Source: Schizochytrium sp. TIO01 (Eukaryota > Protista > Bigyra: Labyrinthulomycetes). Taken from it: a stretch of DNA of 64,000 bases. Under the pieces are notes generated by a model, which saw only the letters and a list, made by a program, of their open reading frames with translations, made no database searches and was not told where the DNA came from. The DNA is taken from NCBI GenBank assembly GCA_004764695.1, contig SMSO01000032.1:6294483-6358482 (forward strand), given 5' to 3'. A program made the translations under genes and the position numbers. Positions 1 to 10,576 of this stretch are shown one piece after another. The first letter of the stretch is position 1; each line of letters starts with the position of its first letter.

Positions 1-64
1 TACATCACTTGTATTGTTTTTCTTTGTAGTTACCTGTTGTTTTACTATATTCTTTATTTGGTTG

Positions 65-150
65 GTTGTTTGTTTGTTTGTTTGTTTGTTTGTTTGTTTG
101 TTTGTTTGTTTGTTTGTTTGTTTACTTATTTGTTTGCTTGTTTGCTTGTT
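65..150. repeat. (GTTT)n microsatellite with degenerate GCTT flank
   Basis: About 14 perfect GTTT units at ~68-123, followed by degenerate GTTT/GCTT units. Confidence 0.95.
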
Positions 151-652
151 CGCTGCTATGTGAATGGGTGAGTGAGCGAGCGAGATAACAGAGAACCCCG
201 GACCTAGTGAACCAGCAAGAATATACGATAGAAATCAAGACGTAGAAATCAAGAATAGAGCCAAAGAAACAGCCCACGACGTATTAACTACCTTCGGCGA
301 GGGGCATTCTTGTTGGATTTGATGACGACTCCAACCCTCCCGACCACCCGGCTGTAGGTGCAGGATCGCTAGTTTCGTAACCAGTACAACTCAAGCTTCG
401 CGGGCGCTTTACACCCAAATAAAGATGGCCTTTAAAAGTGAGAACGCGAACGAATCCAGTTCGATTGAACCTGCAATACTAATTATTTAAAATCAAGATT
501 TAAAAAAAGAAGAACCTGAGCTCATGCCACATCATTCGTTAGCTTTCTTCAAGACTCGCGAGTGAGCGCTTGCTCGCTAAAGCTTTGCAGAATTAATTTT
601 CCCTTGTTTATTTTATTGCTCAATTGTTGCTGCTGTTGCTATGCTCGGCTTT

Positions 653-763
653 AGAACCCAGAACTCAGAACCCAGAACTCAGAACTCAGGATGCAGCCGA
701 ACTGGGTTCTAGGTTCGCGGCTGCGGGTTCCTTCACATAGAACCTGGAACCCGGAACCCAGAA
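653..763. repeat. 7-bp tandem repeats (AGAACCC/AGAACTC/GGAACCC) around an inverted copy
   Basis: agaacccagaactcagaacccagaactcagaactc at ~654-688, inverted ctgggttct at ~702-710, and gaacctggaacccggaacccagaa at 740-763. Confidence 0.8.
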
Positions 764-1485
764 TTTCTAGTTGTTTTTCCTATTTTAATTGAAATAATTT
801 TCTGATCATAAATAACAATAATTATTATTACTACTATTATTGTTATAGTACTACTACTACTAATAATAATAATAAAAGAAGTCCGGGCTTCCTACTTTCT
901 AGGTTCGCTGAAAGTAATAGAATTATCTCTTTAATCTATCTGCGAGTAAAGGCAAATGTCAATGCAGAGCCGAGGGATGAAGAAACAAACCGCAGCGCAG
1001 CAGCGTCTTAAAGATACCATATGCGGCGGCTTCTGCTCTGGCAGCCGATGAGGCGGTCCGAAAGAGAAGAAGATGATGATGTGGAGGACGCGTGGAATCT
1101 TTGCTTTCATTATCTTTTACATGTTTTATGTTATGTTATTTTATTTTCTTTACTTTCATCTTCGAGTTCAAAATAATTTCTCCCCTGCCGTTCTCTGCCT
1201 CCTAGCGAGGGAATAGGAGGGCTTAGCCAGCCGTGCTTTCTTAAGAGGCAAAGCGCACTTCTTCCTCGTGTAAGAGGTCGCACGTTCCATCAATCCGCGA
1301 GAAATTGCAGCTTTGGCTGAGTCAGTCAGTTTGGCTCTCGAGCTCGTCGGCAACGGCGTTGAGGACCTCCACGCCAGGCAGCAATCAATCGCCTGCCAGC
1401 CAAGAAGATTGCGAGGCTGGCAGGCATTACACTGGGTTCTCCAAGACAAGAATGAAGATCTATCTGGTGGCTGGGTTGGGTTGGA

Positions 1486-1531
1486 TTGCTTTGCTTTGCT
1501 TTGCTTTGCTTAGCTTTGCTTAGCTTTGCTT
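1486..1531. repeat. (TTGCT/TAGCT)n pentanucleotide microsatellite
   Basis: Directly visible run ttgctttgctttgctttgctttgcttagctttgcttagctttgct. Confidence 0.9.
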
Positions 1532-1844
1532 TCTTTCTGGCTGCGAATAACGCTGCTTTTATCGATCGCAAAGGGATATCGTCGAGCGTCTTTGCAGAAT
1601 GAATGAATGATTGATTGATTGAAAGATTCGTAGATTGGGCGCCTTGGTTGATCGAGATGCCCAGGAACTGCATACAGCTAGCTAGCTGCTCCAGCGAGGG
1701 CCGTGAAGGCAGCCAGCCGCCTGCAGAACGGCAGGTGATGCGATGATGGTATTGATGATGCGCCTGAGAACAGTGAGAGAGTGCATCATATCACTCTCAT
1801 GCATGGCGCCACACAAGTGGTACTGCGAGCTCGCAGTGCAAACA

Positions 1845-1985
1845 CTGGAAACAAACACGCACACGTATATAGTTAGTTGAGTTGAGTTGAGTTGAGTTGA
1901 GTTGGTTGGTTAGTTAGTTAGTTAGTTACACTCACTCACTCTCACTCACTCACTCACTCACTCACTCACTCACTCACTGACTTAC
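1845..1985 (-). other. Candidate spliceosomal intron filled with (GAGT)n, (AACT)n and (CAACT)n microsatellites
   Basis: Minus strand: AGG|GTAAGT donor at 1985, CTAAC branch motif ~28 nt before the end, then GTGTTTGTTTCCAG| acceptor at 1845. No long ORF in the flanking exons. Confidence 0.45.
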
Positions 1986-2861
1986 CCTTAAAAATACACA
2001 AACCTCGCAGGAGAGATATTTGAGATACCGAGACGTTGATTGAGGCGTGGATTGATTCGTGGATTCGCTCACTCATTGATTAGCTTGGTACACTGGTTTC
2101 ATTCCGTTGCAACGATCGATGGAGGGAGCTGTCTGCTTCCAGCCCCGGGCGTATGGACAGGATATCTGCCTGCCACCCCGAAGACTGACTGACTTGATTG
2201 ATTCATTCATTCACTCATTCATTCATTGTGTTGAGTTATATGGAAATGAAATGAAATTGAGGCTGAGTTAAGGCTAAATCAGGGATTGGTCCTCTTGAAA
2301 GTAGCGAGGACGAAGGGCTGTTGAGAATGCCTCGATAGGCGATGAGAAGAGCGAAGAAGTCGCCCGCTTGGGCGGCGGAGACTTGCTGGTGGATGGTGAG
2401 GATGATGATGCCATCATCTCGGATACCGCTCGCTGGATAATGTGGGCCTTTTTTCCAAACGTCAAGTCGTGCAAGCAAGCAGTGGTAGCCAGGAATGCGA
2501 AGTAGGAACTGATGGGCAGACGAAGACTTCGGCGGCCGTGATATACTCCATAGGTACGAACTAACGGGCGTTACTGCAAGATAAGAGGGCGCTCGCGATC
2601 CGAGATATTTTCAAGTCGAGCGGTGCTTAGATAATCTTCGTAAGAACACGGCGCAGATAAACCCTTGGACGCACAAGCAAAGCCTTCTAAAGCGAGTGAG
2701 TGAGTGAGTGAGTGAGTGATTATTTGATCGATTGATTATCTGGTTGGACGATTGGATGATCGACCTCGATGTACGATGAAGCAGACGCAGGGAAGGAAAG
2801 CAAATGGAAATGAGCGTGATCTATTTTATTTACCCCTTGAGCTTAGAGTGTTGTATAGTAA

Positions 2862-3010
2862 CAAATTGTAAAACCCCATGAAGAAGCTTTTTCAGTGGCC
2901 GTCGGTACGCAGGTTTTGTGATCGCCAGAGACGATAACAATGCGCCTGCGCTGACAACTAGGTACTTGTCTCGTCGTTATTACAGCAATAGGCCCCACTC
3001 CCATTGGATA
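2862..3010 (+). pseudogene. Decayed protein-kinase fragment (activation segment to alphaF, AGC-like)
   Basis: One frame reads AFSVAVGTQVL*SPETITMRLR*QLGTCLVVITAIGPTPI. It resembles SVAVGTPDYISPE...WWSLGxCxYExxxGxTPF, with correct GT-x4-SPE spacing. Confidence 0.35.
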
Positions 3011-3967
3011 ACAGACCAACCTGACAGCATAACGACCAGTAAATCAAAAGATTGAATTTTTGCAGCACCTGTAAAACCTAAGTTGATTTGCCTTTTTATT
3101 ACAATTAAAATAATGTAACAACTGTGGCTACTACGCTTGGTTCTCAAGGTGGTGTTTCTACAAGAACGGGGGTCGTAAAGCATATACTTTCAGCTATAAA
3201 TCTCTGTAGAACAACGATGAGCAATGGAAGCTTTGAATCAGTCTCCACTGAGCTACGTATGTAATATCGCTCACATGAAATTCTCTGCATTTGAAATTCA
3301 CAAAAAGAAATGATAAGAACGAGATGAAATGTAACAATCGTAAAGTACTGCTAAGCTATCATCTATAAATCTGTGTTTCTTTTTGAATTGAAAAGACAAA
3401 TTTGAAAACCAAAAAAGTTTTTATTGGGCTACCGCATGGGACGTTTGACAAAAAATGAAAAAAAAAATGTGCTGAGCAGGATTCGCTGAGGTGGTATCTT
3501 GGACAATCTTGGATGCTTACAAGCAAATGTGGGTCAATGATCTTTTGTGAAATTATGGATCGATAGTCACCGTGTGGATCGATTAGCTGGAGTTCGACGT
3601 GAAATGACACCATGACATGGTTCGAACGATCAACATTTTGACATGTTTTTCCAAATCCATGAATTCTAAATCCACAGTTTCAAGTAATAGTAGCCCAAGT
3701 ACACATATTTATTTTTATTTATATCACGCTCATTTGCTTTCGTTATTTTGATTCAGGTAGCACTTTTTCTTTTATTTTCTTTACGAAGTAAATCCTCGAT
3801 TTTAGAAGAAAGAAAAATTATATAGATATACTCGCAGACTCTTAAGGTTCAAGGTGTTCATGGTGAATTCTTCAAGTATAGGCCTTGGGACGCTCCTCAA
3901 ATCAAACCCCCTCTTCAATATAAACGCGCACTGGCAGATTCATGCAAAAGTACAACGTTCAAGACCC

Positions 3968-4570
3968 TTAACGTAGCGAAGCAAGTAGATAACCATCCGA
4001 TTGACCAGCGTTACTACCTTCGTTGCTGTAATCTGGCCCAGAACCGGGATCTGAGGTAGGACTTTGTGGGATTTGGTAGCCTTTCCGCGAACGGTATCCG
4101 CGATATGCCCTCTGAAGATCAAGCGCTGCTGCCTTGCGGCGTTCTTTGCGTTTGCGGGCCTCTGTGACAGCCTTATTCCGATATCTCTTCTTGGTGTTAC
4201 CGCTCCCGGGTTGCTGCCCATTTGATCGAGCTTTCTTCTTAGGAGACGCGAGAGATGCCTGCGACCTTTTACTGCTACCGCTTCCATTAGAAGAAAAACC
4301 CCGCTGCTGATTTCTGGCCAGAGACTTTGAGGATCCAGATTTATTTTTACTGGCCCCAAAACTTCGTTGCTTTCTTGTAAAAGACGAGGATCTCGATGAA
4401 GCTGATCTCTTCCTATTCCATACTCCATGTTGACCTAGTCGTGAACTTGTCGCACCAACATCAAGCAGCGGCACTTCACTTTGAGCACTCTCTGGAATTG
4501 CAGCAGGGACACCTGCTGGTTTCGATCCTAAACCATTACTATTCCCTTCATCATCGTCCATGTCATTACC

Positions 4571-4602
<32 letters not shown>

Positions 4603-5482
4603 CATAATCCTCATGCATAAGCTTTCGAATCAACCTTCCACGGCATCTCGCTTGGAATTTCACGAGTAGTCGAAAAATCACCTCGCGATCCTTTCGTACG
4701 CTGCGAGCTTTTCGCCATGCTCTCTGGATCATTGTTGCAGCACGGTCTTGAGTTCGAAGCCGTCTTCTGACAAGCCAACCTCGACATGCAGATTGTAGAG
4801 GAACACTACTTTTCACCTGCAGAGCCTTTTCGCGAGCTTGGCGGCGACCTTGTGCCACTTTACGTCCCAAACTCCCACGCCAAAGCGACTGCAACTTCAC
4901 AGCAGCTGCAGATTGCTGCTGGAATTGTATCCGCCGTCGCTCGCGGTTTTCAATGCGGGCCTTTCGTCTCTGAATGATGCTAATCTCACGGACCATGCGA
5001 CGGTGAAAGCTCGAATGCCGCTGCACCTGTGCCTCGAACTTATCGCGTTGGCGTTGCAGGTGAGAAGCCTCCAGAGCCTGCTGCCGACTGGCTGCCTCGA
5101 GGCGTGTATCTCTGAACATGCCAGCTGCAAAGCTTGAGGAGAAACGCTGACTTCTTCGCACAGAAGGTTTTGTAGGGCTGTGCATTCCCGCGATCTCGGT
5201 TGAGTAAATTGGTGAAGATTGAGCCTGGCACTCATCTCGAGGTGATGATGAAACCGATGACTCTGCGGTTCCAGGCCGCGAGAGATCTTCAAAGTCGCCT
5301 TCGCCATCTTCAGAGTCCTCACATGTGTCGGTACTGCGATCTTCGCGGGCAGCCGTGGCTACGCTACGGACCTTGCTTCGTCGCGGCGAAGAAGATGCAC
5401 AAGATTTCTGCCGCCAAGACCCCGCATCTGGTGCCCGAGGCACCAGACTCGGCGCCGTCGCGACCTGCGGAGCTCGTGGCAT
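3968..5482 (-). CDS. IQ calmodulin-binding motif protein (five IQ-like motifs, acidic tract, basic low-complexity tail)
   Basis: 504-aa ATG-started ORF. Motifs LQSLWRGSLGRK, LQSACRGWLVRR, IQRAWRKARSVR, FQARCRGRLIRK and LQRAYRGYRSRK. Poly-Asp tract encoded by (GAT)n. Confidence 0.8.
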
Positions 5483-5599
5483 GGCGTTTGAACATGAATT
5501 CCATCGAAAGTGAGGCGGGGTGCCTTGGATCCAAGTCCTCGAGCGCGGCGGCGGCCTTGAGAAGCGCGATCTGTCTTAAGGTCACTTGTGAATCCTATT

Positions 5600-6592
5600 A
5601 TTTTGACTACAACGGATCTATCTGGTAATCAAGTAGAGACGAAGATGGTCGAGATTGCAATTCGCAGCCGTGAATCAAACTTTGTCTTTCATTCACACCC
5701 AAAAAGCGCCAGAAGCGCTTTCGTTTTGTGAACGCTTCGAAGAGTAACAAAAGTCGTCACGGAGGGTGCTACGACAACACAAATGGTACCTTGATCACAG
5801 AAACGAAGTTCATTCGCTGCAGTGCGAGTTGGAATTAAACAACCACAATTGACCAAAGGCACTCCAACTTTCATACATTAGATTAAAGCTATCTATACTA
5901 TAATCGTTCCTGGATATAGCTTTGCACTGGTGCTGTTAAGCTCAGGATGTAAGGAGGAGTTCCGGCCGCGATCTTCCTGATTAGTGTTTCCGCTCGCGGA
6001 ATGGATCAGGTCTGAGTTCGCGGAAATCATAAGAGATCTAGTAGGAAGCATAGTAGAAGTATCTTGCGGGACTACAGGGATGCCAGGTACATGCATACTC
6101 ATGAGTACTAGTAGTCAAGGCAAAGAAGAGGAGGCATGTTTTGCTAAAGGTAGTATGAGTAGCACTTTGATAGCGGTGGCGAGCTACCACCGAACTATAT
6201 TTCATACTTGAAAACAGAAACAGACACTGCTGCAGTATTCGAGACAGGAAAACAAACATATGGCGGATCTAAAATTCGAAAAACATGTGCGTACTCTTGC
6301 TGGTTGCTGAGCCGAACTGCTGTATGGCAGTCTAGGTGGCAATAAGCCAAACCCTCGAGGCTGCTTGTTCATAGTCAATAAATTGACGTAGGTAGGCAAA
6401 AAACCGCGAACAGAGCGTATCAATTATGCATACTGATAGTCGCTTGAGTCGCTTCCATGTTTTGGGTTCATCATGATCGCGACGCAGTGGCCAGCTTAAT
6501 TCAACCTCTGACCTGAGCACGTGCAGTTTTGTATGTTGATCTTCTTCGCCAGACTTACATGTGACGAACGATACTTTCGAAAAGTTAAACAT
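5600..6592 (-). pseudogene. Possible heavily decayed protein-kinase remnant
   Basis: Ordered weak motifs across stops and frameshifts: LRSEVE, YEQAASRVWLIA, ILQQCLFLFSSM..HRYQS, RGRNSSLHPE, LWSIVVV*FQLA, SRPS. Confidence 0.25.
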
Positions 6593-7468
6593 AAGGTAAG
6601 AAGAACCTTTAAATAACCATGAACAAAAGGATAGTTAACGAGAACACTTTTTTAAAAAGTGATTCATTAAAAACGCTAGCCACAATGTTCGGTCAAACCC
6701 ATAAAGGTCATCGATCCTGATCATAGTATGTGACAAGGTAAGAATAGAGTGCCCTTTATCTACAACTTCTAGTAAAACTACGAACACCAACGGTATCTCT
6801 CTGAGATACACTATGTATTAGTCAGCTTTTCTCAGCAACTCTGAGACGTAAAATCAATGGGTTATTCGGGTGACTCCAAATTCATGTTCGAGGAAGTGCC
6901 TGCGAGCACTTCTTTCCCATCAGGAACTTGCAACAAGATATTATACGTAGGTACTTTATGGCGATATGGATCACTTTAGTAGCGGGTGATGTTGAGACAA
7001 TCCGGTTATGTTCAAGTTAACATCTCAAGAGCACAAGCCCTCATCGCTTGTTTTAGCGACCTTTTGTTGAAGCTGCCTTGCTTTTTACTTACCTTTATGT
7101 CCTTGTCGCTGTTATTTCCTGATTTGACCACTTGCACTAGTCTAGGCAGGTCCATGATCACTTCCACTAGATTTCTCCCCAAATCTTTATTAGTCTCGCT
7201 TGGGACTTCTTGCATCGCTTGTTTCATGAATGGGTTTCACTACACCTTTCATACATCTTTTCTTTCACTTTTTCGACTTAGTCATTTGTGAGTTCTTTTT
7301 GATCATTCATTCGTTCATCGTTTCTTCAGTTTATTGTTTTTTCAAAGGTAATCAATTACCTCAAGAATTGAAGGAAACCTAGTTTATCCGGCACCCATCG
7401 TTTATCGCTGAGACACTTGCCAGTGTCATTGGACGTAGACATAAAGCCCGTCGGTCGTTGGGAAAGAT

Positions 7469-8539
7469 ATGCCCGTACAGCGTCGTGTAAACGGCACAGT
7501 CCATACGGGCAAAGTTAGCTCATCTGCAGTCCAACATGGCGAGGATGGAGCAGGTATTCTGCAACCCTTTGCGCGCGTGGACTCAAACATGAGTACATGG
7601 ACTCGTTTGAAAGTTGGCCTAGGTCTCGTGACGCTGGCTCCACTTCGTATTGTTTCTTTGGTTTCTCTTTTGGGCGCGTATGGCCTTACTTTAGCAACCT
7701 TCACTGCCGTTGGTGCGCCAACATCACTAGTACTTACCATTACCCGCTGTGTCTCAAGAGCCACGCTTTTTTTACTAGGGTTCTATAGCATAGAAGAAGA
7801 TATGGCAAGCCTAAAGTTCCATTCTCATGACACGCATGCCGCTCATGAGCAACAGCCATGTATCATAGTTGCGAATCACATTTCCTATCTTGAAATCTTG
7901 TATTTTATGTCTACGCGTTTTTGCCCGTCATTTGTTATGAAAAAGACCTGTCTCAAGGTGCCACTTGTAGGTTATGTGGCCATGAAGCTCGGAGGTGTGC
8001 TTGTTGATCGCGAAGGAGGTGGAGAGACAAGTGCATCGGAGGTCATTCTCCAACGTACCCGTGAACATTCTGCGTCAGCACAACCGCTACTGATTTTTCC
8101 AGAGGGCACAACGACTAATGGTTCATGTCTGCTGCAGTTTAAAACTGGTGCTTTTAGACCTGGCCTTCCAGTTCTACCTGTTGTGATTGAATTCCCTTTT
8201 GCCGAGCAACAGTTTTCTCCAGCATATGAATCTGTGCATACGCCGACTCATCTTCTAAGGATGCTCGCACAGTGGAGTCATCAATTACGTGTCAAATATT
8301 TGCCCATTTACAAACCTGATGCCGAGGAACGTTCTGATGCACGATTATACGCAGAGCATGTGCGAGCCCAGATGTCAGAGGCACTAGGTATCCCAGCGGT
8401 AGAGCAATCATACGCAGACAAGCTCGTCTACCATAAAGAACTGATGGAGCACTACAAAAGAGCCGGGCCCTGGTCACTGTATCTTTATGTTCGCCCTGAT
8501 CTTTTACCTGAATCTGATGCCACCTCGGCTGCCAAATGA
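7469..8539 (+). CDS. Lysophospholipid acyltransferase, LPEAT/LPCAT-type (PlsC/AGPAT family)
   Basis: 356 aa with an N-terminal hydrophobic segment. AGPAT motifs ANHISYLE, PSFVMK, VLVDR, IFPEGTTTNG, FKTGAF and PVLPV. Confidence 0.92.
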   Translation: MPVQRRVNGTVHTGKVSSSAVQHGEDGAGILQPFARVDSNMSTWTRLKVGLGLVTLAPLRIVSLVSLLGAYGLTLATFTAVGAPTSLVLTITRCVSRATLFLLGFYSIEEDMASLKFHSHDTHAAHEQQPCIIVANHISYLEILYFMSTRFCPSFVMKKTCLKVPLVGYVAMKLGGVLVDREGGGETSASEVILQRTREHSASAQPLLIFPEGTTTNGSCLLQFKTGAFRPGLPVLPVVIEFPFAEQQFSPAYESVHTPTHLLRMLAQWSHQLRVKYLPIYKPDAEERSDARLYAEHVRAQMSEALGIPAVEQSYADKLVYHKELMEHYKRAGPWSLYLYVRPDLLPESDATSAAK

Positions 8540-8818
8540 ATGAATCATTCAGTCTTATACAGCGAGCCAAGTAATTACAATGAAAACGAAATCAAAATCT
8601 GGATATCACAGTAAGGTGATTTCTTATGTCTTTTCAACTAGTCTTTGTACTTACAACGGCAATGTCATAAATGCTTGATTTCCCTAATGAAGATGCTATG
8701 AATGTTAGTTTCGCCACATTGTTAAAATCTAGCTACCTTGCTCAAGTTGAGATATAAGCTGAAGACTTAAAAATCTTTGCAATTATGATTTATATTATTT
8801 CCTTATATTTTAGTTTCC

Positions 8819-10576
8819 TCAGAAGCCAACAACTTGAGCCTGGAATAGCCCAAACAACGCTCCAAGCACGCCACCTACAATAACAAGTTTCCACTCTTCA
8901 GCTTGGAAGACAGGATGTAATAAACGCTCAAAATCTTTGGAGGGAAGATCGTTCATTCGAGCAGCGAGAGTTCGCTCTAGGTCGAAGGCATCGTCCATGT
9001 ACGGTTCTGCAGTGCGCATGGTATCATACATTTCATTACTGAGCTCATCCGCCATGCGGTCTCCAATGCGCTCTAGTGCATCACCCATTAAAGACCGAAG
9101 TGGACCAACGACAGCTACTGCCCGATCGAAAGCCTCGCGAATATGCTTCTTAGCTAGGTCTTGCACCTTTTCACGTTGAGGTCCTTGCATAAGCGCTCTA
9201 TTTAAATTTTCTGCTGTCAGCACCTTGTGCCGCACAATGTGGCCGTATAATTTGGCTACCTGAGGTTGACGCTTCAGAAACAAACCCTGCAAGACAATCC
9301 TTCCGCCACAGATGCGGATTGGGTTAACTGGATGAAAAATAATGAACAAAGCAATCCAGTTGGTGATTGCACCCGCGACCAAACCTACTACAGGAAGAAC
9401 CCAAGGTGAGCGCTGGAATATAATTGACAACACCATTTGGCCAATCCCAAAGAGCCCTCCCATGTAGGCACCAGTATCACGAATGAAGACTAGTTCGCGA
9501 TCAGACACTTTAATAAAAAGGTCGTTGGAGAGAGCAACATCTTCAACCATGATATCTACCACAAGTGATTCAAGGTCAAATAGTGTTCCGATATTTTTTT
9601 GGATGTCGGTGAGAAGCCCTTCGATAACAAGCGCAGATTCCTTGGTCGACTTATTCAACATCTCCCTCCTCACTGCATGCGGAAGCATATTCCATGCGCG
9701 AGGTGCTTCGTCTGAAAGAACAGTGTCTAGCACTCGAGCGGTACGTTGCTTGAGCTCTGGTTCAAGCTCAGCCGAAAGTTTGTCCGCATCCAAACGATCA
9801 AAAACCTCATTGACCGAGAGCAGCTTTGTTGTCATCTGATCAACAGCTAGTCGAGCCATCGGCTCAACTTTGAAAGGCACAATACCCTGCCAACCAAATG
9901 GGAAGCCTACATTTGTCCCCGGGATCTGGTAGCACCCACGGAATTTGAGTGGGTAAAATGTCATATACAATGCAAGCCATATATGCACATATGTAAAGGG
10001 AACCATGAAGACTGGGATTGATTCATAGCGCAGAAACGATCGCACGAACTCCTTCGAATCAAGCTGTAACATGTCTGCGAGCCTGTCCTTGAACACTGTG
10101 CAGCACAACACTGTAATAGTTGTGACAAGCACAAAAATCGTAGTTGGAAGAACTCCTGGTCTCTCAAACAGAGGTGGAAATCCATGCTTATCTGGGTCAA
10201 TGCTTGGATCATAATCTTCCTCCTCCTGGTCCTCAAGCCTCGAGTAAGCGTATGCATCCTTCCCAGCACCTCCACTCGACCTCAAATTTGAGGAAGATCT
10301 ACTTGAGGATTTGGATAATCTCGACTTTGATTTTGAAGAACTTTTTGCAATGGCTTCTCTAGCTACGTGCAATAGCCTCCTAGTCAGGCTACGATCTCCA
10401 AGTACTTCACGACAGGCCTCTTCGCTAGTCAAAGCCTCGAGTTGGCGTCCATTAATGAGTCCCCGACTGGCCACTGCCCGAGCGACCTCTTCGTCCTGTT
10501 GCCTCAGGTACGCTAGCACATCCTGCTCGCTCCACGCGCGGAGGTCCGTATCTCTGCCGACTGCTATTGATGCCAT
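8819..10576 (-). CDS. Membrane protein with N-terminal SAM-like domain and DUF445 (UPF0754/YheB-like) domain
   Basis: 585 aa. N-terminus WSEQDVLAYL...INGRQLEALT is SAM-like. DUF445-type motifs WLALYMTFYP, GWQGIVP, TNWIALFIIFHP, QGLFLKRQ, FERLLHPVFQAEEWKLVIVGGVLG. Confidence 0.8.
   Translation of the reverse strand: MASIAVGRDTDLRAWSEQDVLAYLRQQDEEVARAVASRGLINGRQLEALTSEEACREVLGDRSLTRRLLHVAREAIAKSSSKSKSRLSKSSSRSSSNLRSSGGAGKDAYAYSRLEDQEEEDYDPSIDPDKHGFPPLFERPGVLPTTIFVLVTTITVLCCTVFKDRLADMLQLDSKEFVRSFLRYESIPVFMVPFTYVHIWLALYMTFYPLKFRGCYQIPGTNVGFPFGWQGIVPFKVEPMARLAVDQMTTKLLSVNEVFDRLDADKLSAELEPELKQRTARVLDTVLSDEAPRAWNMLPHAVRREMLNKSTKESALVIEGLLTDIQKNIGTLFDLESLVVDIMVEDVALSNDLFIKVSDRELVFIRDTGAYMGGLFGIGQMVLSIIFQRSPWVLPVVGLVAGAITNWIALFIIFHPVNPIRICGGRIVLQGLFLKRQPQVAKLYGHIVRHKVLTAENLNRALMQGPQREKVQDLAKKHIREAFDRAVAVVGPLRSLMGDALERIGDRMADELSNEMYDTMRTAEPYMDDAFDLERTLAARMNDLPSKDFERLLHPVFQAEEWKLVIVGGVLGALFGLFQAQVVGF

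Noticed and set aside
4396-4620. Poly-His small ORF
   Set aside because: Reverse complement of the (GAT)n poly-Asp tract of the IQ protein.
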